Sequence record: MZ444140.1 | Reading direction: 5' to 3' (one strand) | Length of the DNA: 64,000 nucleotides | In this document: in pieces, positions 38,068-50,578 of the stretch | Position numbering within the stretch: the stretch's first letter is position 1 | Layout: every line of letters starts with the position of its first letter | Translations under genes and position numbers: made by a program | Notes under the pieces: generated by a model | Seen by the model: only the letters and a program-made list of their open reading frames with translations | Database searches by the model: none | What the model was told of the DNA's origin: nothing

Positions 38068-38274
38068 TTAATCGACTTGTTGAGCACTATCATCAATATC
38101 GATTTTATCTAGCTCATCAGTTAGAATATCTACTTCACTGTCTAGTACCGTATCATCATCAGCTACGGTGTCATCAATAACGGTTGATTTAGAAACGGCC
38201 TTATATAGATTAATAGCGGCAACAGCGAGGGCACCAGTTGAGATAATTGCAGCTGCGATCTTTAGTACTTTCAT
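38068..38274 (-). CDS. Early small protein, 68 aa, with an N-terminal membrane anchor and acidic tail
   Basis: SD AGGA; IAAAIISTGALAVAAI followed by a D-rich tail; first gene after a TATATTAC promoter. Confidence 0.65.
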   Translation of the reverse strand: MKVLKIAAAIISTGALAVAAINLYKAVSKSTVIDDTVADDDTVLDSEVDILTDELDKIDIDDSAQQVD

Positions 38275-38329
38275 TTTCTATTTTCCTAATCATTAAGTTT
38301 TAATAAGTATCCAATATAGATACATGTCT

Positions 38330-38355
38330 GTAATATAGATCTTAAACTTTTTTTA
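38330..38355 (-). promoter_or_regulatory. phiKZ-type early promoter
   Basis: Minus strand TAAAAAAAGTTTAAGATCTATATTAC. Confidence 0.8.
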
Positions 38356-38383
38356 GTGTAATAAAAAAATTAATGCGATATAA

Positions 38384-38405
38384 ACCCCCTCCCGAAGGAG
38401 AGGGT
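38384..38405 (-). terminator. Hairpin terminator
   Basis: ACCC-c-CTCC-cgaa-GGAG-a-GGGT, 10 bp after the stop of 38416-38811. Confidence 0.7.
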
Positions 38406-38415
38406 AATATGTATA

Positions 38416-38811
38416 TCAGTATTCCATCGAAGTTAATACTCGATAATGATCTAATAGTAAATCAATAACAGAGTAAAAAGAATCACAGTTGAATTGCGTA
38501 TCTATATTTGCAGATACTCCAGTAATACGATTGATAATATGGAGACACTTAATATCTCCACCACGTTGTCTGATAAAAACAACTGCCCACACTGGCCACG
38601 TACTATCTGGTGTGGTGTCTTGAATAACTAATCTGTAATACCCATCATTTACTGTTTCAATGGATGCTTGGATTGGATCATCTGTATAAGCCGATTCTAC
38701 TTGAACATATTGATCATTATAATAAAACATTTCCTTAATAAGTTTAGCACAGGCATGTAATGTCTCCATTACCTTAGCTGAACTATTTGGATTATATTGT
38801 TGATTAAACAT
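38416..38811 (-). CDS. Early hypothetical protein, 131 aa (monocistronic)
   Basis: SD AGAGG; has its own TATATTAC promoter and its own terminator. Confidence 0.7.
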   Translation of the reverse strand: MFNQQYNPNSSAKVMETLHACAKLIKEMFYYNDQYVQVESAYTDDPIQASIETVNDGYYRLVIQDTTPDSTWPVWAVVFIRQRGGDIKCLHIINRITGVSANIDTQFNCDSFYSVIDLLLDHYRVLTSMEY

Positions 38812-38845
38812 GTCATTAACCTCTTAAGATATTGTATGCATAGTA

Positions 38846-38871
38846 GTAATATATATCTTAATTATTTTTTA
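38846..38871 (-). promoter_or_regulatory. phiKZ-type early promoter
   Basis: Minus strand TAAAAAATAATTAAGATATATATTAC. Confidence 0.8.
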
Positions 38872-38902
38872 GTGTAGTTGTGAAAACTTAGAGGAATATA
38901 CG

Positions 38903-39079
38903 ATGCCTAGTAAAAGTAAAAAACAACATAACTTCATGGCTGCTGTAGCCAATGATAAGAAGTTTGCTAAGAAAGTTGGTGTACCACAATCAGTTGGTAA
39001 AGACTTTGTTGAGGCTGATAAAAATAAAAAGAGTTTTGAAAGTGTTTCACTTAATAGCACTTATAAAGATAGTTACTAA
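38903..39079 (+). CDS. Small basic protein, 58 aa (MPSKSKKQHNFMAAVANDKKFAKKVGVPQSVGKDFVEADK...), absent from the ORF track
   Basis: Translated by hand; SD GAGGA 8 nt upstream; stop directly precedes a convergent-type hairpin. Confidence 0.75.
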   Translation: MPSKSKKQHNFMAAVANDKKFAKKVGVPQSVGKDFVEADKNKKSFESVSLNSTYKDSY

Positions 39080-39085
39080 TATAAT

Positions 39086-39111
39086 GCCCTCCCATTGCGG
39101 GAGGGCTTATG
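39086..39111. terminator. Bidirectional hairpin at convergent junction
   Basis: GCCCTCCC-attgc-GGGAGGGC-TTATG; the 21-bp core is the exact reverse complement of 3942-3962. Confidence 0.85.
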
Positions 39112-39121
39112 TTGCTTATAA

Positions 39122-41614
39122 TTATTTTAATACTAGATTTTTATTAAATACTTCTGGAGTACTAATATTAGCTGGATCAAGTACAATAAATTCAGCTTGG
39201 TTAAATGCACCGTGTGTTGATTCAAAGTGGCTGATGAAGAACACTTGATTAACAATGCCATTTTCAATTAACCTGTTAATGAATGGAATAGCATTGGCTC
39301 GATGTTGTTCATCAAAAGTCCTGCTAAATTCATCTAAGAAAAGGGGCATGTCATCTAGATGTAAAAATTTCAAGATAGCCATTCTAAAAGCAAAATCAAC
39401 AATCTCTAATTGTGAGTCAGACCCGTATTCAATGTCCGGTGGCTGAACGTCACCACCTGCAATATGCATTGGGAACTTATAATCCATGCCATCTTTGTCA
39501 ACATTAGAAGGTAATACTTCTAACCTATAAGTCCAAATCTCATTGATGTATGCATTTACTAGTTTAACTACTCCTTGTAAGAAACCTAATAAATAGCGAC
39601 CAAGAATACCACTTTTTGGTGATAATGCTTTTTCAAGAATAGCTAAATCAGTAGCCATTTGTTGTGCATGGTTAACTTCTGATTCTAAAACTTTAATACG
39701 TTCTTCATGACGTTCCATTTCACTTAAACGACTATGCACACTAGATAGTTCTAAGTTAACAGCATCAATCTCTGCTTGGTATGCCTTATCTACAAAGTTA
39801 TCAGCTGTATCCACTATCTTTTTAATAAACTGCTCCCATCGTTCAATAAAAGAATGATACTTATCTTCCCATTCACGAATAGCATTACCAGCTTTATTGA
39901 AATGAGATGCTTTTCTTTGTAAGTCAGCTGCTACATGTGTTTTATTATTAATTTCAGTTTCTAGTGCAGTTGTACGTGCCTTAATGAACCCTAATGCATC
40001 TTGATCCATCTCAGCAATAACACGTAGTCGTTGAGCTAATAAAGTAGCTTCCGCATGAGCTTGCTTAGAGACAATGAGTTGCTGCATTGCATCTCGCCAG
40101 TCTAATGCATCATTTATATATTTTGCTGGTGTGCGATACATTACGACATGTTCAGCTACATAGTTCCATAATGTATCAAATTCGTTATACTCTTTCGTTA
40201 ATTGAACGTAGCCATGTACATAACTTACATATTCATTGAAGTCAGTCATGTACTGTTCAAGAACCTTGATCTCATTTGAACAGCTATCCATCGCTTCATC
40301 TAACTTAGCTTTGCGCTCTTCTGCTATTGTGATATCTTGTTCACTAACACCAGGTTTAAATGAATGAGTGCATGATGGGCAAGTAATAGATGCGCATTCC
40401 TTAAATGAATTTAGGCGTTGATTAATTTGTAAATACATGCCTTCCATGGTTGAGTATTTACTTTTTAATTCTTTTAGCCTTTCTGCATTTTTAATAGCAG
40501 TTTCTTTACTTAAGTAACCATTCTCATTATTAGGAAATGTAGTGAGAAGTTTGATCCAACGATCTGAGAGATCAGTAAGTTTACCAGATGGATCACCGTT
40601 AACAGAAATGTCAACCAAAGGAAATCTACCGGTATACTTCTTATATTTACTAATAGCTTCTTCAGCAATGCGTGTATGATGTTCATGTCTGTCCTTAAGT
40701 TCTTGTATTTCTTCTGGAGACATACGTTCAGCTGTATTCGGATTAGAGCTTTTTAATTCTTCTAATTCTTCAACTAAACGTGCAATAACTGCTTGTATAG
40801 ATTTATATTCTTCAATCTTCTTATTATTTAGTTCTAAGAAAGATTCATACCCATCTACTTTAACTTGAATAGGTAACATTGGAAATGACATTAACAATGA
40901 ACGAGCTTCATCTAAGATAGAATCTAATTCTTTACGTGCAGTGGTTTCATCTCTAAAATGAAGGACACCTTTCTTATCACGTGTTTTATAAAGTAAATCA
41001 ATACGACTAACTAACCGTTGTTTCACTTCTTTCAACTGTGTCATTTCTGAATCATTCAATACCCCATGGTGTTCTGTGACCAATCGCTTATTAATTGTTT
41101 TAACAGTACCTTGCTGGTTAGATAATTCTTTACGTACTTTGTTATAAACATTAAATGCATAATCAAGGTTAACTACAGACATTCTAGTTAACCATGCTTT
41201 ACGTTCATTAGGTTTTAACTTTGTAAAACGCATCTTACCTGTCAACATTTCATGCAGTTCTCGGTTTAACCCGAAATGCGCCATTACAAGTTCTTCTTGT
41301 TCTTTAAAGGTATGACCACTATTTAATTCTTCATCATTACATAAAAAGGAATGATGTCCAGTGCCACGGTTATATTTAGAAATTAATTTATAGTCTTTAC
41401 CATTTGCATGACAATGGAAATGTTTCTCGCCACCTTGCTTGAAGTTTGAACTGCTAGATACAACAGGTGTCAGTTCACTAATAATAGATGATTTGCCAGA
41501 ACCATTACTACCAAGTATAACCATCATCTGTTTGCTTGGAGTCCATTCAAAATAATGTGTATTATTGGCCATCAACCTAGTATAGCCAATTAGCTTAAGT
41601 AGCTTGATCTGCAT
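39122..41614 (-). CDS. sbcC: SbcC/Rad50-like SMC ATPase (gp165-like)
   Basis: Walker A GSNGSGKS, long coiled coils, zinc-hook CPSC, signature-like GSDSQ, Walker B LFLDE with D-loop and H-loop (ISH). Confidence 0.92.
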   Translation of the reverse strand: MQIKLLKLIGYTRLMANNTHYFEWTPSKQMMVILGSNGSGKSSIISELTPVVSSSSNFKQGGEKHFHCHANGKDYKLISKYNRGTGHHSFLCNDEELNSGHTFKEQEELVMAHFGLNRELHEMLTGKMRFTKLKPNERKAWLTRMSVVNLDYAFNVYNKVRKELSNQQGTVKTINKRLVTEHHGVLNDSEMTQLKEVKQRLVSRIDLLYKTRDKKGVLHFRDETTARKELDSILDEARSLLMSFPMLPIQVKVDGYESFLELNNKKIEEYKSIQAVIARLVEELEELKSSNPNTAERMSPEEIQELKDRHEHHTRIAEEAISKYKKYTGRFPLVDISVNGDPSGKLTDLSDRWIKLLTTFPNNENGYLSKETAIKNAERLKELKSKYSTMEGMYLQINQRLNSFKECASITCPSCTHSFKPGVSEQDITIAEERKAKLDEAMDSCSNEIKVLEQYMTDFNEYVSYVHGYVQLTKEYNEFDTLWNYVAEHVVMYRTPAKYINDALDWRDAMQQLIVSKQAHAEATLLAQRLRVIAEMDQDALGFIKARTTALETEINNKTHVAADLQRKASHFNKAGNAIREWEDKYHSFIERWEQFIKKIVDTADNFVDKAYQAEIDAVNLELSSVHSRLSEMERHEERIKVLESEVNHAQQMATDLAILEKALSPKSGILGRYLLGFLQGVVKLVNAYINEIWTYRLEVLPSNVDKDGMDYKFPMHIAGGDVQPPDIEYGSDSQLEIVDFAFRMAILKFLHLDDMPLFLDEFSRTFDEQHRANAIPFINRLIENGIVNQVFFISHFESTHGAFNQAEFIVLDPANISTPEVFNKNLVLK

Positions 41615-41663
41615 GATTAACCCTTAATAATGTCTTACTCTATAGAGTTAATAACCCTAGTAA

Positions 41664-42836
<1,173 letters not shown>

Positions 42837-42840
42837 AGAA

Positions 42841-42872
42841 CATAATGCCCTCCCACTATGGGAGGGCTTATG
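42841..42872. terminator. Bidirectional hairpin at convergent junction
   Basis: CATAAT-GCCCTCCC-actat-GGGAGGGC-TTATG. Confidence 0.85.
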
Positions 42873-42875
42873 CTG

Positions 42876-44063
42876 TTAAATACCTTCATTCTCATAATGA
42901 GTAATGCAGTGACTAACAAATGTTAACCAGACTTTAAGAGTTACTGCTAACCAATGGGTGTAGTTACCAACAGGTTCTGCTAATTTTCGGGATATCTCAG
43001 CGAGCATATTAATTGCCTCGCCATTTGCCCTTCCCAATAACTCACTACGTTCAGCTAGCTGTCGAATTGAATCATCTACAACTACCTTAACTGTTTTATA
43101 TTCTACTTCGCCTTGTTTAGCACGTTCAGCGATCGTTAAAATATTAGCAATACCAGTTACAATATCACTTAGCGTAGTTACAGAAGGTACTTCTATATCT
43201 CGTTCAGTGCTATCAATTGCATTGATTTGTAACTCTGTAAATTCCATTGTAAATGTATTGCGAACCATTTCTAGTGCAGATTGTTTATTAGTAACTGATG
43301 TAGCTATATGGTCAGCATCAGTATAAACAAATGCACGATTAGCTGGTAAAATATAACTTCTATGGGTACCAGTAGAAGTAGTCTCACCTTTCTTTAATGG
43401 CTCATCCCCTGGCGGCGCTTTAAAATCACGACGCACTATATCGGCAAAAGATTGTAATAACTCATCAATGATTTCTGTAGTGGTATCTTCGCCTTGATTA
43501 TCTAAGATATTCAATGCTTGTCTACTAATATTTCGAGCAATATTAGAAGTCATTTTAGGATAAGTCATTAAAATATAATTAGTGACTTCTTTGATATCTA
43601 AAAGATTATCTGGTCGATCACCAATGAATTCACCGTTAATAGATAATCGCTGTAAACCAGAAACAGTCAATCGAGTATTAGTCGTACGATTACCTAGTTT
43701 TGCAAGTCGCCTAGATAATTTTTGCTGTGTTTTACGCACATGTGAAATACTGCCAGTAAACTTGACGTAGAATGCCGTGAGTGTTTCGATTACCATCCGC
43801 ACAATATCTCGTGCAGCCTTAGCAGCTCGAACTAATGCATCTTTTAAAGCACGTAGTGTAATTATACCGCCTTCTTTTATGGAGAAGGCGGGATCGATAC
43901 TTTCTAAAGCAAATGACATTGCTTTAGATAAGTCTTCAGATGCTACGTCACGTCCATCTAGCAGATCTTGATAACGAGCTAATCGATGGCGATATGCTTC
44001 AACAGAAACAATAGCCTCTTTGAGTTCATTATTGGTAATTAATAGTTCTGCATATGTGGACAT
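42876..44063 (-). CDS. Internal head/ejection protein (gp163-like paralog family)
   Basis: FALES processing motif followed by a conserved helical segment shared with 44073-45641. Confidence 0.75.
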   Translation of the reverse strand: MSTYAELLITNNELKEAIVSVEAYRHRLARYQDLLDGRDVASEDLSKAMSFALESIDPAFSIKEGGIITLRALKDALVRAAKAARDIVRMVIETLTAFYVKFTGSISHVRKTQQKLSRRLAKLGNRTTNTRLTVSGLQRLSINGEFIGDRPDNLLDIKEVTNYILMTYPKMTSNIARNISRQALNILDNQGEDTTTEIIDELLQSFADIVRRDFKAPPGDEPLKKGETTSTGTHRSYILPANRAFVYTDADHIATSVTNKQSALEMVRNTFTMEFTELQINAIDSTERDIEVPSVTTLSDIVTGIANILTIAERAKQGEVEYKTVKVVVDDSIRQLAERSELLGRANGEAINMLAEISRKLAEPVGNYTHWLAVTLKVWLTFVSHCITHYENEGI

Positions 44064-44072
44064 TATGTTTAC

Positions 44073-45641
44073 CTATTCAGTTTCCTTGATTTCACTATCA
44101 ACTAGTTTCTCAAGTACGGTGATCCAGATCATCACACATTTAAACAGATCATTACTAGCTTCAGTGGTGCCAGTTAGATAAGCCTTACCAACATTGGTTG
44201 CTTCTTTATCAGTCATCTGTGCAATGATTTCAGCAGTTGACTCTTTAGAGATACCGCGAATATTATTTAGATGATTTAGGAGGTTATGAACTGCTTTTAG
44301 CTGAGCCATAACAACATTCTTATCAACTAATAGTTCAACAGTAATTCCATAGTTGGGTTTACCCGGTGCATCAAGAATGGAGAAGTCTACCGCAGCTTTG
44401 TCTTTACCAAAGGTATAAACACGATTACCGGGCACAACCGGGCTAGCATATCGGACACCATTAGCATTAATTTTGGTAGCTGTTCCAAACATACCTTTAG
44501 CTAAAGCCAGTGCTTTATCATCAGTTGTTTTTCCAGCTAAGGCTGCTTTAAGAGCACGCAGTCCATTCTTTTCAATGCTGTCAAATAGATTACGGATTAC
44601 AGTAACCCCCTGAACAGGGTCTACACCAACCCAACTCTCACCAGTGTCACCTAGAATCAGATCGCGTGGAATTGCGATAGTACGAACTTCATCGGGTAGT
44701 TCATTCTCTTTAACGCGTTTCATGATCTTATTAACGCGTTCTATTTGATTACTGACATTCTGGCGAATACGTTGATAAGTTTCTACAACAATGCGAATTA
44801 GCTTCTTAATGAAATCTAATGCAACAGTAGATACTTCTTTTGCTTTAGCTTGTAGATTATCTAATACTTCAATAGAAGCTTTAGGCCGAGTTAGCGGTGA
44901 TATAAAGGATTCCATTGATGGCACAGTGTTATTAAAATATTTATAGTCAAATGACTCTAGCGCGATGCTAATAGCTTTAGCTAGATCATGATCGACATCA
45001 TGCCCGCGATGATGGCGGTTACTAACTAAACCAATATAGTTTTCTAATGCAGTTTGAACAGATTCTACTTTAGTCAGTTCATTTACAATTGTAAACATTT
45101 CAACTGATAATGATTCTAGATGATCATCTAGTTCACCAGTGATGATATCTTCAGTAGTTTCCAGTAGTGCGGTGGCATCATAGCCATGGTCTAGCTGCTC
45201 AGTCTCATTGGCTTCCATAATAGAAATGTCTTCATTCGATGGGACATCTGCAATTTGGTGTGGTTTTTTGGTACTAACATTAAGATCTTTAGTATCACTT
45301 ACTTTAGTGATCATTTCATCAGCTGTTTCAGTGATTTCGTTTTCAACACGATCACCTTTAGCTACTTGGAATTCTTTTAGCCCTTGACTAACATGAATCT
45401 TCTTATCATTGATCTTATCAGCAGTTCCATCAACATCTGGACCTTTGCATACGTCAATTGGGGTATTGGTAACGACATTGGTAACTTCATCACATGGATT
45501 TACTTTACCATCTTCATCATCTTTTAATTGTTCTGGTAATTCTTTACCAACATCAAGATTGACATTCTTATCTTCAGCATCAGAAACGCGCTCAAGACTT
45601 GCAAAGAAATCCATTGCGGGAACTGTTTTTTTCTTAGCCAT
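44073..45641 (-). CDS. Internal head/ejection protein with long acidic propeptide (gp162-like)
   Basis: Multiple S/A-X-E sites (ASLE, ALE, IALES, SME) in the N-terminal half. Confidence 0.75.
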   Translation of the reverse strand: MAKKKTVPAMDFFASLERVSDAEDKNVNLDVGKELPEQLKDDEDGKVNPCDEVTNVVTNTPIDVCKGPDVDGTADKINDKKIHVSQGLKEFQVAKGDRVENEITETADEMITKVSDTKDLNVSTKKPHQIADVPSNEDISIMEANETEQLDHGYDATALLETTEDIITGELDDHLESLSVEMFTIVNELTKVESVQTALENYIGLVSNRHHRGHDVDHDLAKAISIALESFDYKYFNNTVPSMESFISPLTRPKASIEVLDNLQAKAKEVSTVALDFIKKLIRIVVETYQRIRQNVSNQIERVNKIMKRVKENELPDEVRTIAIPRDLILGDTGESWVGVDPVQGVTVIRNLFDSIEKNGLRALKAALAGKTTDDKALALAKGMFGTATKINANGVRYASPVVPGNRVYTFGKDKAAVDFSILDAPGKPNYGITVELLVDKNVVMAQLKAVHNLLNHLNNIRGISKESTAEIIAQMTDKEATNVGKAYLTGTTEASNDLFKCVMIWITVLEKLVDSEIKETE

Positions 45642-45676
45642 TTTAAAACTCCGGAGTATTAAAGTTCATAAGGTTG

Positions 45677-46336
<660 letters not shown>

Positions 46337-46377
46337 TCATTCAATTGAGCACTATAGTTACTTTAAGACGAAATAAT

Positions 46378-46405
46378 AGCGGATCCACTTTAAAGCAGAT
46401 CCGCT
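46378..46405 (-). terminator. Hairpin after the gp160-like gene
   Basis: AGCGGATC-12 nt-GATCCGCT. Confidence 0.5.
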
Positions 46406-46410
46406 TTAAA

Positions 46411-46884
46411 TTAAAATGCTTGACCAGGACAAACCCAAATATAATCACCAGTTGTTTGGCCATTAGGTCTGACTAATATAAATCGTTGTCCAACCGTACC
46501 GCGCACAGAAGCATCTTCAAATGGAAAACCTCTAGGTATAACTAATTTACCATCTTTGTCTTGTGCCCAAAAACTTAATGAGTCCCTAGTCTCTTTGCCA
46601 TTAATAGGATCTTTTTCATAGAAACTCAATACGAAAGTAAATCCATTTGGCAATGATGTATTATATTTAATAACAGTGCCAATAAATGTAGGTGTTGTTG
46701 GTGATGATACATATCCATCTTCTTCTTTAAAGATAATGTTAGTATCAAAATAATCTTTAACATCTAACAGATTATAAATAACATCATCTCCATAAAGAGG
46801 GTGTTTCATTTTTAATGGATATTTATTTATTGTTGTGTAAAATGCACCAGGAATGAAATTATCACATTTTGATGTATCTGCCAT
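46411..46884 (-). CDS. Hypothetical, possibly tail-associated protein (gp160-like), 157 aa
   Basis: SD AGGAG; beta-rich; last gene of a 3-gene unit. Confidence 0.6.
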   Translation of the reverse strand: MADTSKCDNFIPGAFYTTINKYPLKMKHPLYGDDVIYNLLDVKDYFDTNIIFKEEDGYVSSPTTPTFIGTVIKYNTSLPNGFTFVLSFYEKDPINGKETRDSLSFWAQDKDGKLVIPRGFPFEDASVRGTVGQRFILVRPNGQTTGDYIWVCPGQAF

Positions 46885-46887
46885 GAT

Positions 46888-47292
46888 TTACTCCTGTACA
46901 TCCGTCATTACACGTCCTTCGATAGACCAGTATAATTCATTTTCTAATGAATCATAAACCGTTCTATATTCACATGCCTCACCTTTGTTTAATTGACAGT
47001 CAACTTTGAATACACGGTTACCAACTAAACGATTACCATAAGCACGAATCACCAATAATCCATTTGTCTTATTAGCAATAGTAAATACATATTTACCTTT
47101 TTTAGTATCATAGGCAGTAGCTGGTAAATTTACTATAAATGGACTATCTGAATTATCATTATCAGTATAATTAGGATCTTCAACGATAATGTGCGCATTA
47201 AGATAAGTTGAGTCAATATCAAACTTACGTCCAGTTGCTTTAGACGTGTCAATTACTTTCATAGGTGGGTAGATATAACAGAATTCGCTCAT
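46888..47292 (-). CDS. Hypothetical, possibly tail-associated protein (gp159-like), ~134 aa
   Basis: ATGA overlap with the upstream stop; SD GGTGGA. Confidence 0.6.
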   Translation of the reverse strand: MSEFCYIYPPMKVIDTSKATGRKFDIDSTYLNAHIIVEDPNYTDNDNSDSPFIVNLPATAYDTKKGKYVFTIANKTNGLLVIRAYGNRLVGNRVFKVDCQLNKGEACEYRTVYDSLENELYWSIEGRVMTDVQE

Positions 47293-48239
47293 GATTGCAT
47301 CCACCATGACAGACCAAGTGTATACATCGCTTTAGTTGTTTCATTATAACAGATAAATCGAGTATAGCCATTATTAGGTAAGAAACCAGTACTTGTATAC
47401 ATTGGCCTAATGATACTCTGTTGATAAGCAGTAGCTATATCAACATCTTCATTAGTTAAATTCAGTATTCGATATTCAGCACCAGCCTTAAGTTTCTCGC
47501 TATTGCCAGAAGGTAGTATAACACCTTTAGGTGACTCTGCTATTTGAGCACCATCTGGTTTAGGCATTAGTACCAATAGCCTACCTATAGCTTGATCATA
47601 AGGCGGACAAATCCAATTACCAAATTTACCTGTTTCATTATCAACTGTAATTGTAAATGGTACAAGCAATTGCGGGAATATCTGATAGCCATCTGTTGGT
47701 TCTGGATCAGGATCTGGATCTGGGTCCGGCGGATCAGGGTCAACATCACCACCTGAATGTAACCATAGATTTAACCATCCTCTCCACCATAGTGATGAAT
47801 CAATAGCTTTAAATAAAAAGTTTGGTTGTTTCTTACCACCGGTATACGTTATATTAGATATTTCTAACCATATGTCACTAGCAGTAAAATTTAATTTAGC
47901 TTTATTAGCAACATACGCAACTAAAGCTTCGCTATTTTTTAATCCTTGAACAACCGTTACTTCCGATGCTGTCCAATATGGATTTTTAATATAATCATTA
48001 ACATTAAAACGATTATAAAGAAAGTCGTAATAAACAGCACTATTAGTTGCATCTTTTTGAATACGAACAAATGCCCTATTAGGCTCATCGATAGTTGCAC
48101 TATCCATTACCATTACGATAATGGACTTATCTTCAGATAAACCTAAATCCGGATATGCTGTTGTAACTGCTTTGAAGAAACCTATTCGTGGATCTTGTCC
48201 ACGCGGGTTATCCGCCAGATTAAGAGTGAATCTACGCAT
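47289..48239 (-). CDS. Putative virion/tail protein with PD-rich linker (gp158-like), 316 aa
   Basis: Two domains separated by DPDPPDPDPDPDPEP. Confidence 0.6.
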   Translation of the reverse strand: MRRFTLNLADNPRGQDPRIGFFKAVTTAYPDLGLSEDKSIIVMVMDSATIDEPNRAFVRIQKDATNSAVYYDFLYNRFNVNDYIKNPYWTASEVTVVQGLKNSEALVAYVANKAKLNFTASDIWLEISNITYTGGKKQPNFLFKAIDSSLWWRGWLNLWLHSGGDVDPDPPDPDPDPDPEPTDGYQIFPQLLVPFTITVDNETGKFGNWICPPYDQAIGRLLVLMPKPDGAQIAESPKGVILPSGNSEKLKAGAEYRILNLTNEDVDIATAYQQSIIRPMYTSTGFLPNNGYTRFICYNETTKAMYTLGLSWWMQS

Positions 48240-48263
48240 TGCGCCACCTTTAGATTAATATAA

Positions 48264-48283
48264 GAGAGGGCCTTTGCCCTCTC
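48264..48283 (-). terminator. Hairpin terminator
   Basis: GAGAGGGC-cttt-GCCCTCTC. Confidence 0.7.
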
Positions 48284-48294
48284 TCATTTATGCA

Positions 48295-49635
<1,341 letters not shown>

Positions 49636-49810
49636 TTAATCCTCATAATTAGAGCGCGATGGGTTTCCATCTATAAAATCAGTCTGTTCTAGTTGTGTTA
49701 AAATAAAAAGTCTGGTATTATGAGCTTTACGTAATACCCTTGTAACAGTCTATTGATAGAAATGCCAATACTGGCTTTTATGGGTAGGCATAGTACTAAC
49801 AGAGGTCATC

Positions 49811-50101
49811 ATGCTCGGTTTGACTATTAAAGCCTTGCTCTTCGTTTGGCCATTCCTTAAGAGGGCTATCTTTGGTGATAGAACAATTAAGGAAGTGTTG
49901 CTGGAAAACAAACATGTCACGGCAATGTTAATCCTAGTTGTAATATTACTAGGTACCTTATTCATAGTGACTAGTGAGTTGAAGTCAGTTAAAGCAAGCA
50001 ACTGGGCCGTTAAAGCCGAAATGGATCGACTCAAGAAAATGACGCCTGAGAAGGCTGAAATGCTTGAGCGCCGCCGTCGTTTAAATGACTTGCTAAAGTA
50101 A
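49811..50101 (+). CDS. Putative inner-membrane spanin (i-spanin) or holin-like protein, 96 aa
   Basis: SD AGAGG; transmembrane segment AMLILVVILLGTLFIV followed by a charged helical C-terminus; adjacent to a lipoprotein gene. Confidence 0.55.
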   Translation: MLGLTIKALLFVWPFLKRAIFGDRTIKEVLLENKHVTAMLILVVILLGTLFIVTSELKSVKASNWAVKAEMDRLKKMTPEKAEMLERRRRLNDLLK

Positions 50102-50121
50102 GTACCAAATTGGTGGATCAC

Positions 50122-50523
50122 ATGTCAAGAAAGTTCTTTCTAATACTCCTACCACTTATAAGTGGCTGTGTTTATACGCCACATGAGTACCACACGCACA
50201 ACACGACTGTGGTCCAATATGAACACTCCTCTTCTACAGATGATCATACATCTGTTGTTACAACTAAAGAAGAGGTAATACAAAAAGTTCTGCCTACACC
50301 TAAAAAATATAGTAAGGATACTAGTAAGAAGTGTATGGTTTTCGAACTACCAAGAAAGAAACCGGTACCGCCAACACCGATTATTACAGAGTTTATAGAA
50401 ACTCCGGAACAAATCGATATCTTGTTGACTGACTATATAAAAGAATTAAAGTCACATATTGTATCTGAGCGCGCTAAAATTGAGCAAGCATATGAAGAAT
50501 GGCGTGCAAAGTGTGATGAGTAA
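50122..50523 (+). CDS. Lipoprotein, putative o-spanin, 133 aa
   Basis: MSRK-FFLILLPL-ISGC lipobox (Cys16), Pro-rich PVPPTP linker, C-terminal helix. Confidence 0.65.
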   Translation: MSRKFFLILLPLISGCVYTPHEYHTHNTTVVQYEHSSSTDDHTSVVTTKEEVIQKVLPTPKKYSKDTSKKCMVFELPRKKPVPPTPIITEFIETPEQIDILLTDYIKELKSHIVSERAKIEQAYEEWRAKCDE

Positions 50524-50578
50524 TTTACTTGCTAGAATTATTATCTAGTTTAGTAATCGATCACATGAGGAAACAATA

